From Candidatus Sericytochromatia bacterium (GTDB lineage: Bacteria > Cyanobacteriota > Sericytochromatia > S15B-MN24 > UBA4093): a DNA stretch of 64,000 bases. Positions within the stretch are counted from its first letter, which is position 1; every line of letters starts with the position of its first letter. The notes under the pieces are model-generated. The model was not told where the DNA came from, made no database searches, and was given only the letters and a program-made list of their open reading frames with translations. Shown piece by piece: positions 18,482-28,339 of the stretch. A program made the translations under genes and the position numbers. The DNA lies in contig JAKFBU010000041.1 of NCBI GenBank assembly GCA_036676985.1, positions 128,001 to 192,000 on the forward strand, written 5' to 3'.

Positions 18482-20692
18482 CTAGCCCTGGTTCGCCCGC
18501 ACCGCGAGGGCGATCCGGATGGCCCCGTAGGAGACCGATCCGCCCAGGGCCTCGAAGATGGGTTTCAGGCGCTCCGCGGCTAGCTCGTTGGCCTTGGAAA
18601 GCACCTGCTCGTACGTCTCCCGGTCCACCCAGGGCTCGGGGCTCGTGACCCTCTCCTCTTGCAGGTACTCCAGGAGATAGCCCTCGATGGTGCTCGCGGC
18701 CCGGCCCGTCTGCTCGGACACCTCGGCGACGGTGCGGCCCTGGCCGAAGGCCTCGAAGGCCGTCTCGCGGGTCGGGTTGGCACGCGGCGCGCTCGCCTTG
18801 GGGGCCGGCTTGGCGACGGTCATCAGCGGAGCGTCCCCGCCCAGCTCGAGCCCATTGGCCTCGGCACCCTGCCGCAGGGCCTCGAGCAGGCGATCGCCCA
18901 GATCGCGCGCCTTGGTCTCGCCGATGCCCTTGATGGCCCTGAGGGCGAGATCCGAGGCCGGCCGGCGGCTCGCGAGCTCGCGCAGGGTCGCATCCCCGAG
19001 CACCAGGTAGGGCGGCACGCCGCGCTCCTGGGCCATGGTGCGACGCCAGCCGCGCAGGTCCTGGAAGAGCGCCTCCTCGGCCGGGCTGAGCGGCAGATCC
19101 TCGGAGCTCTTGACCGTCTTGGCCACCGTCGCCCGCGGCATGGTGAGCTGCACCGAATCCTCGCCCTTGAGCAGGGCTCGGCCCTCGGGCGTGACCTTGA
19201 GGACCTGGTACTCCCCGGCCCGGACCAGGTAGCCGTGACCGACGAGCTGGTCGATCCAGTCGGAGAGGTCGGCAATCGCATGGTCGGCCAACAGGCCGTA
19301 GGTGCTGAGCTTGTCGTGGCCCAGCTGCAGCAGCTTGGCGGTCTTGGAGCCCTTGAGGACCTCGGCCACATGGCGCGCGCCGAAGCGCTCCTGGACCCGG
19401 ACCACGCAGGAGAGGATCTTCTGGGCGACCACCGTCGAGTCGGGCAGGACCTGGTGCTCGCCGAGGCAGACGTCGCAGGCCCCGCACGGCGTCGCCTCGA
19501 AGGCCTCGCCGAAGTAGGTGACCAGGAACCGGTGCCGGCAGGTCAGCGTCCGGCAGAAGCGGTACATCTCGCGGATCTTGTCGAGGGCATGCTGGTCGTA
19601 GGGAGTCTTGGGCTCGCCCTGGATGCTCTTCCAGGAGACGGGATCGGCTGCGCCGTACAAGAGGACGCACTCGGCCGCGAGGCGATCGCGGCCCGCGCGG
19701 CCCGCCTCCTGCTGGTAGTTCTCGATGGACTTGGGCATGCCCGTGTGGATGACAAAGCGGACGTTGGAACGGTCGATGCCCATGCCGAAGGCCACCGTCG
19801 CCACCATGAGGTCCACTTCCTCCTTGGAGAAGGCCTCCTGGTGCTGGCGCCGGGTCTCGGCGGGCAAGCCCGCATGGTACGGCAAGGCCCGGTAGCCCAG
19901 GCCCTGCAGCGTCTCGCACAGCGACTCGACGTCCGCTCGGCGGATGCAGTAGAGAATGCCCGCCTCGCCGGGGTGGCGGTCCAGGACCGCGCGGACCTGG
20001 GGGACGAGATCGCGCCGGAACTCGGCGCGGTAGAAGAGGTTGGGGCGGTCGAAGCTGCCGACCACGACCGAGGCCTCCTTGAGCCCGAGGGCCGCGACGA
20101 TGTCGTCCCGCACGGTCTGGGTGGCCGTGGCCGTGAAGGCGTGCATGCTCACGTTCGGGAACCAGGTCCGGAGCTGCGCGAGGTTGCGGTAGTCCGGCCG
20201 GAACTCGTGGCCCCACTGGCTCACGCAGTGGGCCTCGTCGATGGCGATGAAGCTGATGGCGGCCTGGCTCAGGAGCTCGAAGGAGTCGGGAGAGGCCAGG
20301 CGCTCGGGCGAGAGGTAGAGGAGCTTGAGGCGGCCCGCGCGCAGGTCGTCCACCACGCGCCGCTTCTCGTCGCTCGTCATGCTGCTGTTGAGGGATGCCG
20401 CCGCCACGCCGTTGGCGACCAGCGAGTCCACCTGGTCCTTCATGAGGGCCAGCAGCGGCGAGATGACGATGGCCATGCCGGGCTTGGCGAGGGCGGGCAG
20501 CTGGTAGCAGATGGATTTGCCGCCGCCGGTCGGCAGGATGGTCAGGGAGTCGCGCCCCGTCATGAGGGCCTCGACGGCCTCCGCCTGGTTGGGGAGGAAG
20601 GCCTCGTACCCCCAGATCCGCTTGAGCAAGTCCAAGAGGGCCGGATCCGTGGCGGCCTTGGGCAGGGCGGAGGGCGGAGCGCTGTGCGGCAT
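18482..20692 (-). CDS. recQ: ATP-dependent DNA helicase RecQ
   Basis: LPTGGGKS, DEAHCVSQWGHEFRPDY, QEAGRAGRD, Zn/RQC and HRDC regions. Confidence 0.96.
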   Translation of the reverse strand: MPHSAPPSALPKAATDPALLDLLKRIWGYEAFLPNQAEAVEALMTGRDSLTILPTGGGKSICYQLPALAKPGMAIVISPLLALMKDQVDSLVANGVAAASLNSSMTSDEKRRVVDDLRAGRLKLLYLSPERLASPDSFELLSQAAISFIAIDEAHCVSQWGHEFRPDYRNLAQLRTWFPNVSMHAFTATATQTVRDDIVAALGLKEASVVVGSFDRPNLFYRAEFRRDLVPQVRAVLDRHPGEAGILYCIRRADVESLCETLQGLGYRALPYHAGLPAETRRQHQEAFSKEEVDLMVATVAFGMGIDRSNVRFVIHTGMPKSIENYQQEAGRAGRDRLAAECVLLYGAADPVSWKSIQGEPKTPYDQHALDKIREMYRFCRTLTCRHRFLVTYFGEAFEATPCGACDVCLGEHQVLPDSTVVAQKILSCVVRVQERFGARHVAEVLKGSKTAKLLQLGHDKLSTYGLLADHAIADLSDWIDQLVGHGYLVRAGEYQVLKVTPEGRALLKGEDSVQLTMPRATVAKTVKSSEDLPLSPAEEALFQDLRGWRRTMAQERGVPPYLVLGDATLRELASRRPASDLALRAIKGIGETKARDLGDRLLEALRQGAEANGLELGGDAPLMTVAKPAPKASAPRANPTRETAFEAFGQGRTVAEVSEQTGRAASTIEGYLLEYLQEERVTSPEPWVDRETYEQVLSKANELAAERLKPIFEALGGSVSYGAIRIALAVRANQG

Positions 20693-20862
20693 GGGCAAGA
20701 CCTCCCAATGGGGCTCGTAGAGCGGCGGACGAGCCTCCATTAAAACATAAGTTCGACCTCCGGAGGGGGGATCGGCCGAAGCGTCATGCCCGCTGAGCCT
20801 TCCCTTGACACCCCCGCGCGGGCTGTGGGTTCATTAAGGGATCGCACCGACAGGAAGGGACC

Positions 20863-22077
20863 ATGATGGCCGCAACCAGCTCCGAGACCCGCCTCATCAA
20901 CACGCGCGAGGGGCTCACGCTCCTCGCCGCCGAGCTCGAGGGGGCCGACGTCCTGGCCCTCGACACCGAGTTCATCCGCGAGCGCAGCTACGCGCCCCGC
21001 CTCGAGCTGGTGCAGGTGGCCTCGCGCACGGGCGTCATCGCGGCCATCGACTACGGCACTCTCGGCCGCATGGAGAACGACCCGTTCGTCGAGCTCCTGC
21101 GCGACCCGACCATCCTCAAGGTCTTCCACGCGGCCGAGCAGGATCTCGAGATCCTCCAGATGCTCACGGGCTCGCCCCTCACGCCCATGTTCGACACCCA
21201 GCTCGCGGCGGGCCTGGTGGGCTTCACGGCCAAGCCGGGCTACGGAGCGCTCGTCGAGGGCGTCCTCAAGATCCGGCTGCCCAAGGGCGAGAGCATGACC
21301 GACTGGTCCATCCGCCCCCTGACCCAGGCGCAGCTGGACTATGCCCTCGACGACGTGCGGCACCTGTTGCCCGTCTTCGACCGGCTCCGCTCCATGCTCC
21401 ACGAGAACGGCCGCATGGCCTGGGCCGAGCAGGAGTGCGAGCGGCTGCAGAGCTCGGTGCTCGCCCAGTTCGCGGCCCGCGCCAACCCCGAGACCCTCTA
21501 CATGCGCGTCCGCGGGCGCGGCGGCCTGGACTCCCAGGGCCTGCACGTCCTGAGGGCCCTTGCCATGTGGCGCGAGGAGGAGGCCCGTAGGCGCGATCGC
21601 CCTCGCGGCTCCATCCTCAAGGACGAGATGCTGGTGGAGCTCGCCCGCCGCGCGCCCAAGCGCGCGCAGCAGCTGCGGAACCTGCGGGGCATCCAGCCCC
21701 GGGACCTCGACCGCTACGGCGAGACGTTCGTGCAGGTGATTGCCGACGCGCTCAGCCGGCCGAGGTCCGAGTACCCGGCGGCCGAGCCCCCCTCGGGTCC
21801 GCCCGACGAGGCGACCCTCGCCCTGGCGGACCTCCTGCAGGCCGTCACGCACACCATCGCCGCGGAGTCGGGCATCGCCGCCACCCTGCTCGCCACCAAC
21901 TCCGACCTGCAACGGTTGGCCGAGGGCTACCGGCGCGGGGAGCACCTCAACGTCAGCTTCCTCGAGGGCTGGCGCGCGGAGCTGTTGGGCGATCGCCTGC
22001 TGGAGGTCCTGGAAGGCCGCTCGGCGCTCGGGTGGGATCCAGCCGGCCAGCGGCTGCGGCTCGTGCCCCTGGCCTAG
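20863..22077 (+). CDS. rnd: Ribonuclease D
   Basis: ALDTEFIRERSY, KVFHAAEQD, FDTQLAA, DWSIRPL..YALDDV, HRDC domain. Confidence 0.95.
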   Translation: MMAATSSETRLINTREGLTLLAAELEGADVLALDTEFIRERSYAPRLELVQVASRTGVIAAIDYGTLGRMENDPFVELLRDPTILKVFHAAEQDLEILQMLTGSPLTPMFDTQLAAGLVGFTAKPGYGALVEGVLKIRLPKGESMTDWSIRPLTQAQLDYALDDVRHLLPVFDRLRSMLHENGRMAWAEQECERLQSSVLAQFAARANPETLYMRVRGRGGLDSQGLHVLRALAMWREEEARRRDRPRGSILKDEMLVELARRAPKRAQQLRNLRGIQPRDLDRYGETFVQVIADALSRPRSEYPAAEPPSGPPDEATLALADLLQAVTHTIAAESGIAATLLATNSDLQRLAEGYRRGEHLNVSFLEGWRAELLGDRLLEVLEGRSALGWDPAGQRLRLVPLA

Positions 22078-22145
22078 CTCCGAGAGGCAAGAACCCGAGC
22101 GGTCGTCGCGATAACATGCCTGGTCCCACCGGGCCAGGAGGCTGG

Positions 22146-22949
22146 ATGGATCCCATCGGACGCCGGAGCGCCACCCCAAAGCCCAACCGATCGCCCGAGC
22201 GCCCCACCGAAGGGCCGCGCCCGGAGGGCCTCCTCACGCGCCTGCGCCAGGACACCTGGGCGGCGGGGGACGTCGCGGGCTTCACCCACCACCTGCAAGA
22301 CGCCATCCAGAGCAACCAGGCCCGGCGCGAGTACTACGCCCGGGTCTCCGGCGGAGCCTCCCGGGCGCTCTCCAACCACCTGATCCGGCTCGAGCGGCTC
22401 ACCTTGCCGTTCGCCTGGTACTTCGACGCGCGCGCCGACCGCTTCAACCGGCAGGGGCTCGCGGTGGTCGATGGGGACTTCGTGTCCATGCAAGCCGTGC
22501 GCCCGCCCGAAACGCCCCCCACCCACCGCAAGGTGGCAGGCCAAGCGGACATCAAGCGGCTCGACGCCTGGCTGGACACCTACCGCGCGGATCTGTCGAA
22601 GGCGCTCGACACCCGGGACTTCGGGCGGATCGCCGAGCTCACGGACACCTTGCTCTCGCGGATCGAGGGACTGGAAGCCTCGGCCGACGCCCACTTCGCC
22701 ATGACCAAGCACGTGGCCGAGTCCGTAGGCTACGCCGCCATGCACGCCCTGGACTACCACCAACAGAGCGGCGGGAAGACCGACGACCTGACGGCCCGGT
22801 TCGTCCAGCTGCAGGCCTTCGGCCTCACGGGCACCATCGGCATCGACCGGCGCGCCCAGGAGCTGCACCGGCAAGGCATCGGCATCATCGTCAACGACCT
22901 GCCCCACATCCCCTTCCAGGCGGAGTGGAGGGCGCGCCAGGCGCGCTAA
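22146..22949 (+). CDS. Hypothetical protein
   Basis: AGGAGG RBS before ATG 22146; coding-like bias; no family recognised. Confidence 0.65.
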   Translation: MDPIGRRSATPKPNRSPERPTEGPRPEGLLTRLRQDTWAAGDVAGFTHHLQDAIQSNQARREYYARVSGGASRALSNHLIRLERLTLPFAWYFDARADRFNRQGLAVVDGDFVSMQAVRPPETPPTHRKVAGQADIKRLDAWLDTYRADLSKALDTRDFGRIAELTDTLLSRIEGLEASADAHFAMTKHVAESVGYAAMHALDYHQQSGGKTDDLTARFVQLQAFGLTGTIGIDRRAQELHRQGIGIIVNDLPHIPFQAEWRARQAR

Positions 22950-23668
22950 TCGCCGCCCTTGATGGCCTCGAAGAGGGGTCTGAGCTGGCGCATGGCCTCT
23001 CGGGCCTGCCGCTGCGGCGAGCAGTCCCTACGATCGCTCTGCAACGCGAGCACGCCGTTGAAGCCGCTGGCCTTGAGGGCCGCCACCTTGGCTGGCAGCT
23101 CGGCCTCGCCCGCACTGAGCGGGATCCGCATGCTCCAGAGGCGCTCGCCCCAGCCCTCGACGGGCACGCGCCAGTCGCCCTCCACGCCCTCCAGGTCCAC
23201 GCTGACGCCCACCATGCGGACATCCGTCTTCTTGAGCCACTGCTTGAGGGCCTTGGGGGGCTGAGCGGGCAGATCCAGGGAGAGGCGCACGCCGCGCCGC
23301 TCGGCATGGGTCACGAGCTTGGGGAGGCGGGCGTCCAGGTCGGCCGGGCCCAGGCCCGCCAGGTGGATCTCGGCCACCGGTGAGGCCACCCCGTAGGCCG
23401 CGTCCACCGTCGCCTTGGCGCGGCGCAGCCACTCCTCGCCGTCCTGGGAGTGCCTCTGGTGGCGCCCGTCCAGCAGGGCCACGCGCATCCGGTGGCCGTC
23501 CAGGCGCGCCTGCAAGCGGGCGAGCGATCGCCAGTCCAACAGCTCCAGGGGGTTGGCGGGCTCCTCGAGGACCATCTCGACGGCCTCGCAGCCGATGACC
23601 GACAGCTGCTCGAGCGTCTCCTCGAGCGGGTACTCCTCGAACCCCAACGTGCTGCAGACTAGACGCAT
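22946..23668 (-). CDS. Degenerate sugar phosphate isomerase/epimerase TIM-barrel protein
   Basis: PLEETLEQL..IGCEAVEM, HAERRGVRLSLD, ALKASGFNGVLAL. Confidence 0.6.
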   Translation of the reverse strand: MRLVCSTLGFEEYPLEETLEQLSVIGCEAVEMVLEEPANPLELLDWRSLARLQARLDGHRMRVALLDGRHQRHSQDGEEWLRRAKATVDAAYGVASPVAEIHLAGLGPADLDARLPKLVTHAERRGVRLSLDLPAQPPKALKQWLKKTDVRMVGVSVDLEGVEGDWRVPVEGWGERLWSMRIPLSAGEAELPAKVAALKASGFNGVLALQSDRRDCSPQRQAREAMRQLRPLFEAIKGGD

Positions 23669-23785
23669 GGCTCCCCCTAGACCGGAGGCATCGAGCCCCG
23701 GCTTACGATCTGTAACGAAGCAGCATCGTAATCCGGGGCTCAAGGAGCGTCTAGTTCAAAACGACCAAGCAGTCCCTGGGCAACC

Positions 23786-25360
23786 CTAGCCGATCTCGGT
23801 CAGCCGCAGCGACTCGTTGCGCTCCTGGACGAAGCGCAGCATCCACTGGTCTCGGAACAGGAGGACGTACTTGTCGTCCCGGTCCTTGAGCGTGAGGGCG
23901 TCCCGGATCGAGCGGGGATCGAAGTCGGGGCTGGCGACCCAGCGCGCGATCTCGTAGGGCATCGAGTCGAGGGCGATGTCCACGCCGTACTCGGCCTTGA
24001 GCCGGTGCTGCAACACCTCGAACTGCAGGACGCCGACCGCGCCCGCGATGGGCTCCTGTTCGCCCACGTCCGGACGCACGAAGAGCTGGACCGCGCCCTC
24101 CTCGGAGAGCTGGTCGAGGCCCTTCTTGAGCTGCTTGCGCTTGGATGGGTCCCGGAGCCGGATCTGGGCGAAGTGCTCGGGCATGAAGCGGGGAATCCCC
24201 TGGTACTCGAAGCCCTTGCCCTCGCAGAGGGTGTCGCCGATGCGGAAGTTGCCCGAATCGAAGAGGGCCACGATGTCGCCCGGGTACGCCTCCTCGACGG
24301 CCTGACGATCCTGCGCCATGAGCTGGTGGCTGTTGGCCAGGCGGATGTCCCGGCCGAGGCGCACGTGCTTGACGCTCATGCCGCGCGTGAACTTGCCGGA
24401 GCAGACCCGCATGAAGGCCATGCAGTCCCGGTGCGCGGGGTTCATGTTGGCCTGGATCTTGAAGATGAAGCCGCTGAACTGCTCGGCCTCGGGCGCCACG
24501 GGACCGTCGTCGGTCTCGCGCGGCACGGGCGAAGGTGCCAGGCGCACGAAGTCATCCAGGAAGATCTGGACGCCGAAGTTGGTCATGGCCGAGCCGAAGA
24601 AGAGCGGCGTCAGCTCGCCCGCGAGCACCCGCTCGTGATCGAAGGGATCCCCCGCAATCTCGAGCATCTCGATGTCCTCGAGCAGCTGGGCGTAGAGGCC
24701 CGCTCCCAGGACCTCGGGCAGGCTCGGATCCTCGAGCGTCAGCACGTCGACGCTGCCCTGCTTCTGGCCGTGGCTGGTGGAGTTGAACAGGTGGATCTTG
24801 CCGCTCTGACGGACGTAGACGCCCTTGAAGTCCGAGCCCATGCCGATGGGCCAGTTCATGGGGCAAGAGCGGATGCCGAGCACCTTCTCCAGCTCGTCCA
24901 TCAGGTCGAGGGGATCCCGGCCGTGCCGGTCCAGCTTGTTCACGAAGGTGAAGATGGGGACATGGCGCAGCCGGCAGACCTGGAAGAGCTTCTTGGTCTG
25001 CGCCTCGACGCCCTTGGCGGCGTCGATCAGCATGACCGCCGAGTCCGCTGCCGTCAGGGTCCGGTAGGTGTCCTCCGAGAAGTCCTGGTGGCCCGGGGTG
25101 TCGAGCAGGTTGACCTCGAAGCCCTCGTACGGGAACTGCAGCACGCTCGAGGTGATGGAGATGCCGCGCTGCCGCTCCATCTCCATCCAGTCCGAGGTGG
25201 CATGCCGCTGCGACCGGCGCGCCTTGACCGAGCCCGCCAGGTGGATGGCGCCTCCGTACAGGAGGAGCTTCTCGGTCAGGGTGGTCTTCCCCGCGTCGGG
25301 GTGCGAGATGATGGCGAACGTCCGGCGGCGCTGGACTTCTTCGGCGAGGGTCGGGGGCAA
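23786..25360 (-). CDS. prfC: Peptide chain release factor 3
   Basis: RRTFAIISHPDAGKTT, DTPGHQDFSEDTYRTL, FKIQANM. Confidence 0.98.
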   Translation of the reverse strand: MPPTLAEEVQRRRTFAIISHPDAGKTTLTEKLLLYGGAIHLAGSVKARRSQRHATSDWMEMERQRGISITSSVLQFPYEGFEVNLLDTPGHQDFSEDTYRTLTAADSAVMLIDAAKGVEAQTKKLFQVCRLRHVPIFTFVNKLDRHGRDPLDLMDELEKVLGIRSCPMNWPIGMGSDFKGVYVRQSGKIHLFNSTSHGQKQGSVDVLTLEDPSLPEVLGAGLYAQLLEDIEMLEIAGDPFDHERVLAGELTPLFFGSAMTNFGVQIFLDDFVRLAPSPVPRETDDGPVAPEAEQFSGFIFKIQANMNPAHRDCMAFMRVCSGKFTRGMSVKHVRLGRDIRLANSHQLMAQDRQAVEEAYPGDIVALFDSGNFRIGDTLCEGKGFEYQGIPRFMPEHFAQIRLRDPSKRKQLKKGLDQLSEEGAVQLFVRPDVGEQEPIAGAVGVLQFEVLQHRLKAEYGVDIALDSMPYEIARWVASPDFDPRSIRDALTLKDRDDKYVLLFRDQWMLRFVQERNESLRLTEIG

Positions 25361-25449
25361 GAGGATCCTCCTAGAATCGAGGGTCGAACACGACTAGCCC
25401 CCTATTATATCTCCTCAAGACGGCGCCGGGAGCCGTCTCTCAAGATCGT

Positions 25450-27177
25450 TCAGCTCGCGCGGCGCTCCGCCTCCGGCGTCATGAGGCGCTGGAAGGCCTC
25501 GGGCGGCACCGGACGGCTGATGAGATAGCCCTGGATCTCGTCGCAGCCGTGGGCGGCGAGGTAGGCGCGCTGCTGCTCGGTCTCGACGCCCTCGGCGATG
25601 ACGCGCATCCCGAGGCTGTGGGCGAGCCCGATGATGGCCTTCACGAGCACCGCATCGTCCGTGACGGCCTGGATCTCCCGCACGAAGCTCTGATCGATCT
25701 TGAGCATGCCGATGGGGAAGCGCTGCAGGTAGCTCAGGGAGCTGTAGCCGGTGCCGAAGTCGTCGATGGAGACGGCGACGCCGGTGGCCCGCAGCGTCTG
25801 GAGGGTGGCGAGCGTCCTGGCGTGGTCCTCCATGAAGATGCTCTCCGTCATCTCCAGCTCGAGCATGCTCGGCGGCAGGTCGCACTCCGCGAGCACCGCG
25901 GCGATGGCGTCGGTCACCTCGCGCTGCTTGAAGTAGAGGCCCGAGAGGTTCACGGCCATGCGGCGCAGGGGTGCTCCGGCGCTCAGCCATTCCCTGGCCT
26001 GTCGGCAGGCCTTGCGCAGGACCAGGTCGGTGATGGGCAGGATGAGCCCCGTCTCTTCGGCGAGCGGAATGAACTTGGCCGGCGACACCATCCCGAGCTC
26101 CGGGTGGTGCCAGCGGATCAGGGCCTCGGCCCCGACGATTTCCCCCGTGCGCAGGTCGACCTGCGGCTGGTAGTGAAGGACGAACTCGTCGTGCTCGATG
26201 GCCCTGTGAAGCCGGCTCTCGAGCGACAGTCGCTCCAGGGCCGCCTCGTGCATGGAGGACGAGTAGAGCACGCAGGTGTTGCGCTGGTGCTTGGCCCGGT
26301 ACATGGCCGTTTCGGCGTTCATGAGGAGCTCCGAGGGCTCCTCGCCGTCGCACGGGAAGTGGCTGATGCCGACGCTCGCCGAGACGTACAGGTCGTGCTC
26401 CGAGACCTTGAACGGCTTTTCGAGGGCCTCCAGCAGGCTGTTGGCGGCGGTCATGGCGTCTTGCTCCTCGGTGACCCGGCTCAGGATGACCGAGAACGAG
26501 TCGCCGCCGATGCGGGCGAAGAAGACCCCGTGGTGCAGCGTCTCCTGGAGGCGCCGGGCGATGGCCTGGAGGAGCGCATCACCGATCTCGTGCCCGAGGG
26601 TGTCGTTGATGTTCTTGAAGCGATCCAGGTCGAGCAGCAGGATGGCCAGCTGTCGGTCGTGGTGCTTGGCCAGGGAGACGGCATGCTGCATGCGATCGCG
26701 GAACTGGCGGCGATTGGGAAGCCCCGTCAACGGATCCACGTAGGCGTTGTGCTCGGCGAGGGCCTCGGCGTGCTTGCGCCTGCTGATGTTGCGCGCGACG
26801 ACCTGCGAGGCCGGCCGCCCCTCGTGGCTCGTGGGCATGCCGATGATCTCGACGTCCACGATCGAGCCGTCCAGGGCCACGAGCTTGGTCTCGACGAGCG
26901 GCGTCGCCATGGCCTCCTCGAGGACGCGCTGGACCCGGGCGACCATCAGGGCCTCGTGCTCAGGATGGATGAAGTCCCAGATGAGGCGACCGTGGAGGTC
27001 CTGGGGATCCGCTACGCCCAGCATGCGGGCGCCTGCCTGGTTGATGAACACGATGCGACCTTCGCAGTGGACGGCCACCAGGTCGGTCATGTGCTCGACC
27101 AGTAGCCGGAAGCGAGCGTCGTCCTCAGGCATGGGCGAGCGCCGCGAGTCGCGCGCCGCCTCCGTATCACCAGCCAT
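25450..27177 (-). CDS. PAS-GGDEF-EAL c-di-GMP signalling protein
   Basis: PAS (FIHPE), DLDRFKNINDTLGH, GGDSF, EAL, ELEMTES, DDFGTGYSSL; start codon uncertain (27177 or 27132). Confidence 0.93.
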   Translation of the reverse strand: MAGDTEAARDSRRSPMPEDDARFRLLVEHMTDLVAVHCEGRIVFINQAGARMLGVADPQDLHGRLIWDFIHPEHEALMVARVQRVLEEAMATPLVETKLVALDGSIVDVEIIGMPTSHEGRPASQVVARNISRRKHAEALAEHNAYVDPLTGLPNRRQFRDRMQHAVSLAKHHDRQLAILLLDLDRFKNINDTLGHEIGDALLQAIARRLQETLHHGVFFARIGGDSFSVILSRVTEEQDAMTAANSLLEALEKPFKVSEHDLYVSASVGISHFPCDGEEPSELLMNAETAMYRAKHQRNTCVLYSSSMHEAALERLSLESRLHRAIEHDEFVLHYQPQVDLRTGEIVGAEALIRWHHPELGMVSPAKFIPLAEETGLILPITDLVLRKACRQAREWLSAGAPLRRMAVNLSGLYFKQREVTDAIAAVLAECDLPPSMLELEMTESIFMEDHARTLATLQTLRATGVAVSIDDFGTGYSSLSYLQRFPIGMLKIDQSFVREIQAVTDDAVLVKAIIGLAHSLGMRVIAEGVETEQQRAYLAAHGCDEIQGYLISRPVPPEAFQRLMTPEAERRAS

Positions 27178-27343
27178 TCCCGCTATCCTCTTGCCGTGCA
27201 GCCGTATACGCAAGTCTAAGTTTCCGGCAGGGAAGCGAGCCCAGGGACCGTAGTTATTCCGCAATCGCGGCTAACGAATTGTCAGGATCCAGGGACGATG
27301 GGACGGCCGCAAAGCACCGATTACCCCAACGTCCCGCCGGGAA

Positions 27344-28339
27344 TCAGGCCGAGACCTCACCGGCCAGGGGCAGGAGCAGGTTGCGAACGGCACGCTGGGG
27401 GCTGCCCAGCTGCCCCAGGAGGAACATGAGCTTCACGGTGGCGGCCTCCACGGTCATGTCGCCGCAGGAGACGGCGCCCGCCTTCTGGGCCAGGGCCCCG
27501 CACTCGTAGAGGCCGAGGTTGACGCCCCCCGAGAAGGCCTGGCTGCAGATGGCGACGATCTTGCCCTTGGCAGTCGCCCGCTCGATGAAGGGGATGAGGC
27601 TGTGGTCCCCGGTGGGGACGTTGCCCGCGCCGAAGGCCTCGAGCACGATGGCCTCGGCCGAGCCCTCTGCGAGCGGCATCAGGAGGTCGGGGGCCATGCC
27701 CGGCGAAACCCGGATGGCGAGCACGCGATCGCTGAACTCGCGGTGCAGCCGAAAGAGCCCGGACGGGCGGCGGATGCCCTCGGCGTTGAGGGCCACGTTG
27801 AGGCCCACCTCGGCCAAGGGCGCGAAGTTGGGCGAGGCGAAGGCGTCGAACTCGTGGATGCTGACCTTCTTGGCGCGGTTGCCCCGCAGGAGCCGGTGGT
27901 TGAAGAAGATGCCGACCTCGGGCACGTCCATGGTGGCGAGCTCCAGGGCCGAGATGAGGTTGTGGCGCGCGTCGCTGCGGATCTCGGAGATGGGGCGCTG
28001 GGCGCCTGTCAGGATGACGGGCTTGGCGAGGTTCGAGAGCATGAACGACAGGGCCGAGGCCGTGTAGACCATGGTGTCGGTGCCGTGGATGACGACGAAG
28101 CCGTCGTAGGCGTCCATGTGCGCGTCGATGGCGTCGGCGATCGCCTGCCACTGGGGGATGCCCACGTTGGAGCTGTCCAGGTTGAAGAGGACCTTGGCAT
28201 CAATGTGGGCGATCGAGCGCGCCTCGGGCAGGCTCGTGAGCAGCTCGTCGGCGACCTCGGGCGGTCGAAGGGACCCTTCGACCGTCTTGTGGGTCATGCC
28301 GAGGGTGCCGCCGGTCTGGAGGAGGAGTAGGCGCTTCAT
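27344..28339 (-). CDS. ansA: Type I L-asparaginase
   Basis: QTGGTLGM, HGTDTM, LTGAQRP, RGNRAKK; start overlaps the serC stop. Confidence 0.92.
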   Translation of the reverse strand: MKRLLLLQTGGTLGMTHKTVEGSLRPPEVADELLTSLPEARSIAHIDAKVLFNLDSSNVGIPQWQAIADAIDAHMDAYDGFVVIHGTDTMVYTASALSFMLSNLAKPVILTGAQRPISEIRSDARHNLISALELATMDVPEVGIFFNHRLLRGNRAKKVSIHEFDAFASPNFAPLAEVGLNVALNAEGIRRPSGLFRLHREFSDRVLAIRVSPGMAPDLLMPLAEGSAEAIVLEAFGAGNVPTGDHSLIPFIERATAKGKIVAICSQAFSGGVNLGLYECGALAQKAGAVSCGDMTVEAATVKLMFLLGQLGSPQRAVRNLLLPLAGEVSA

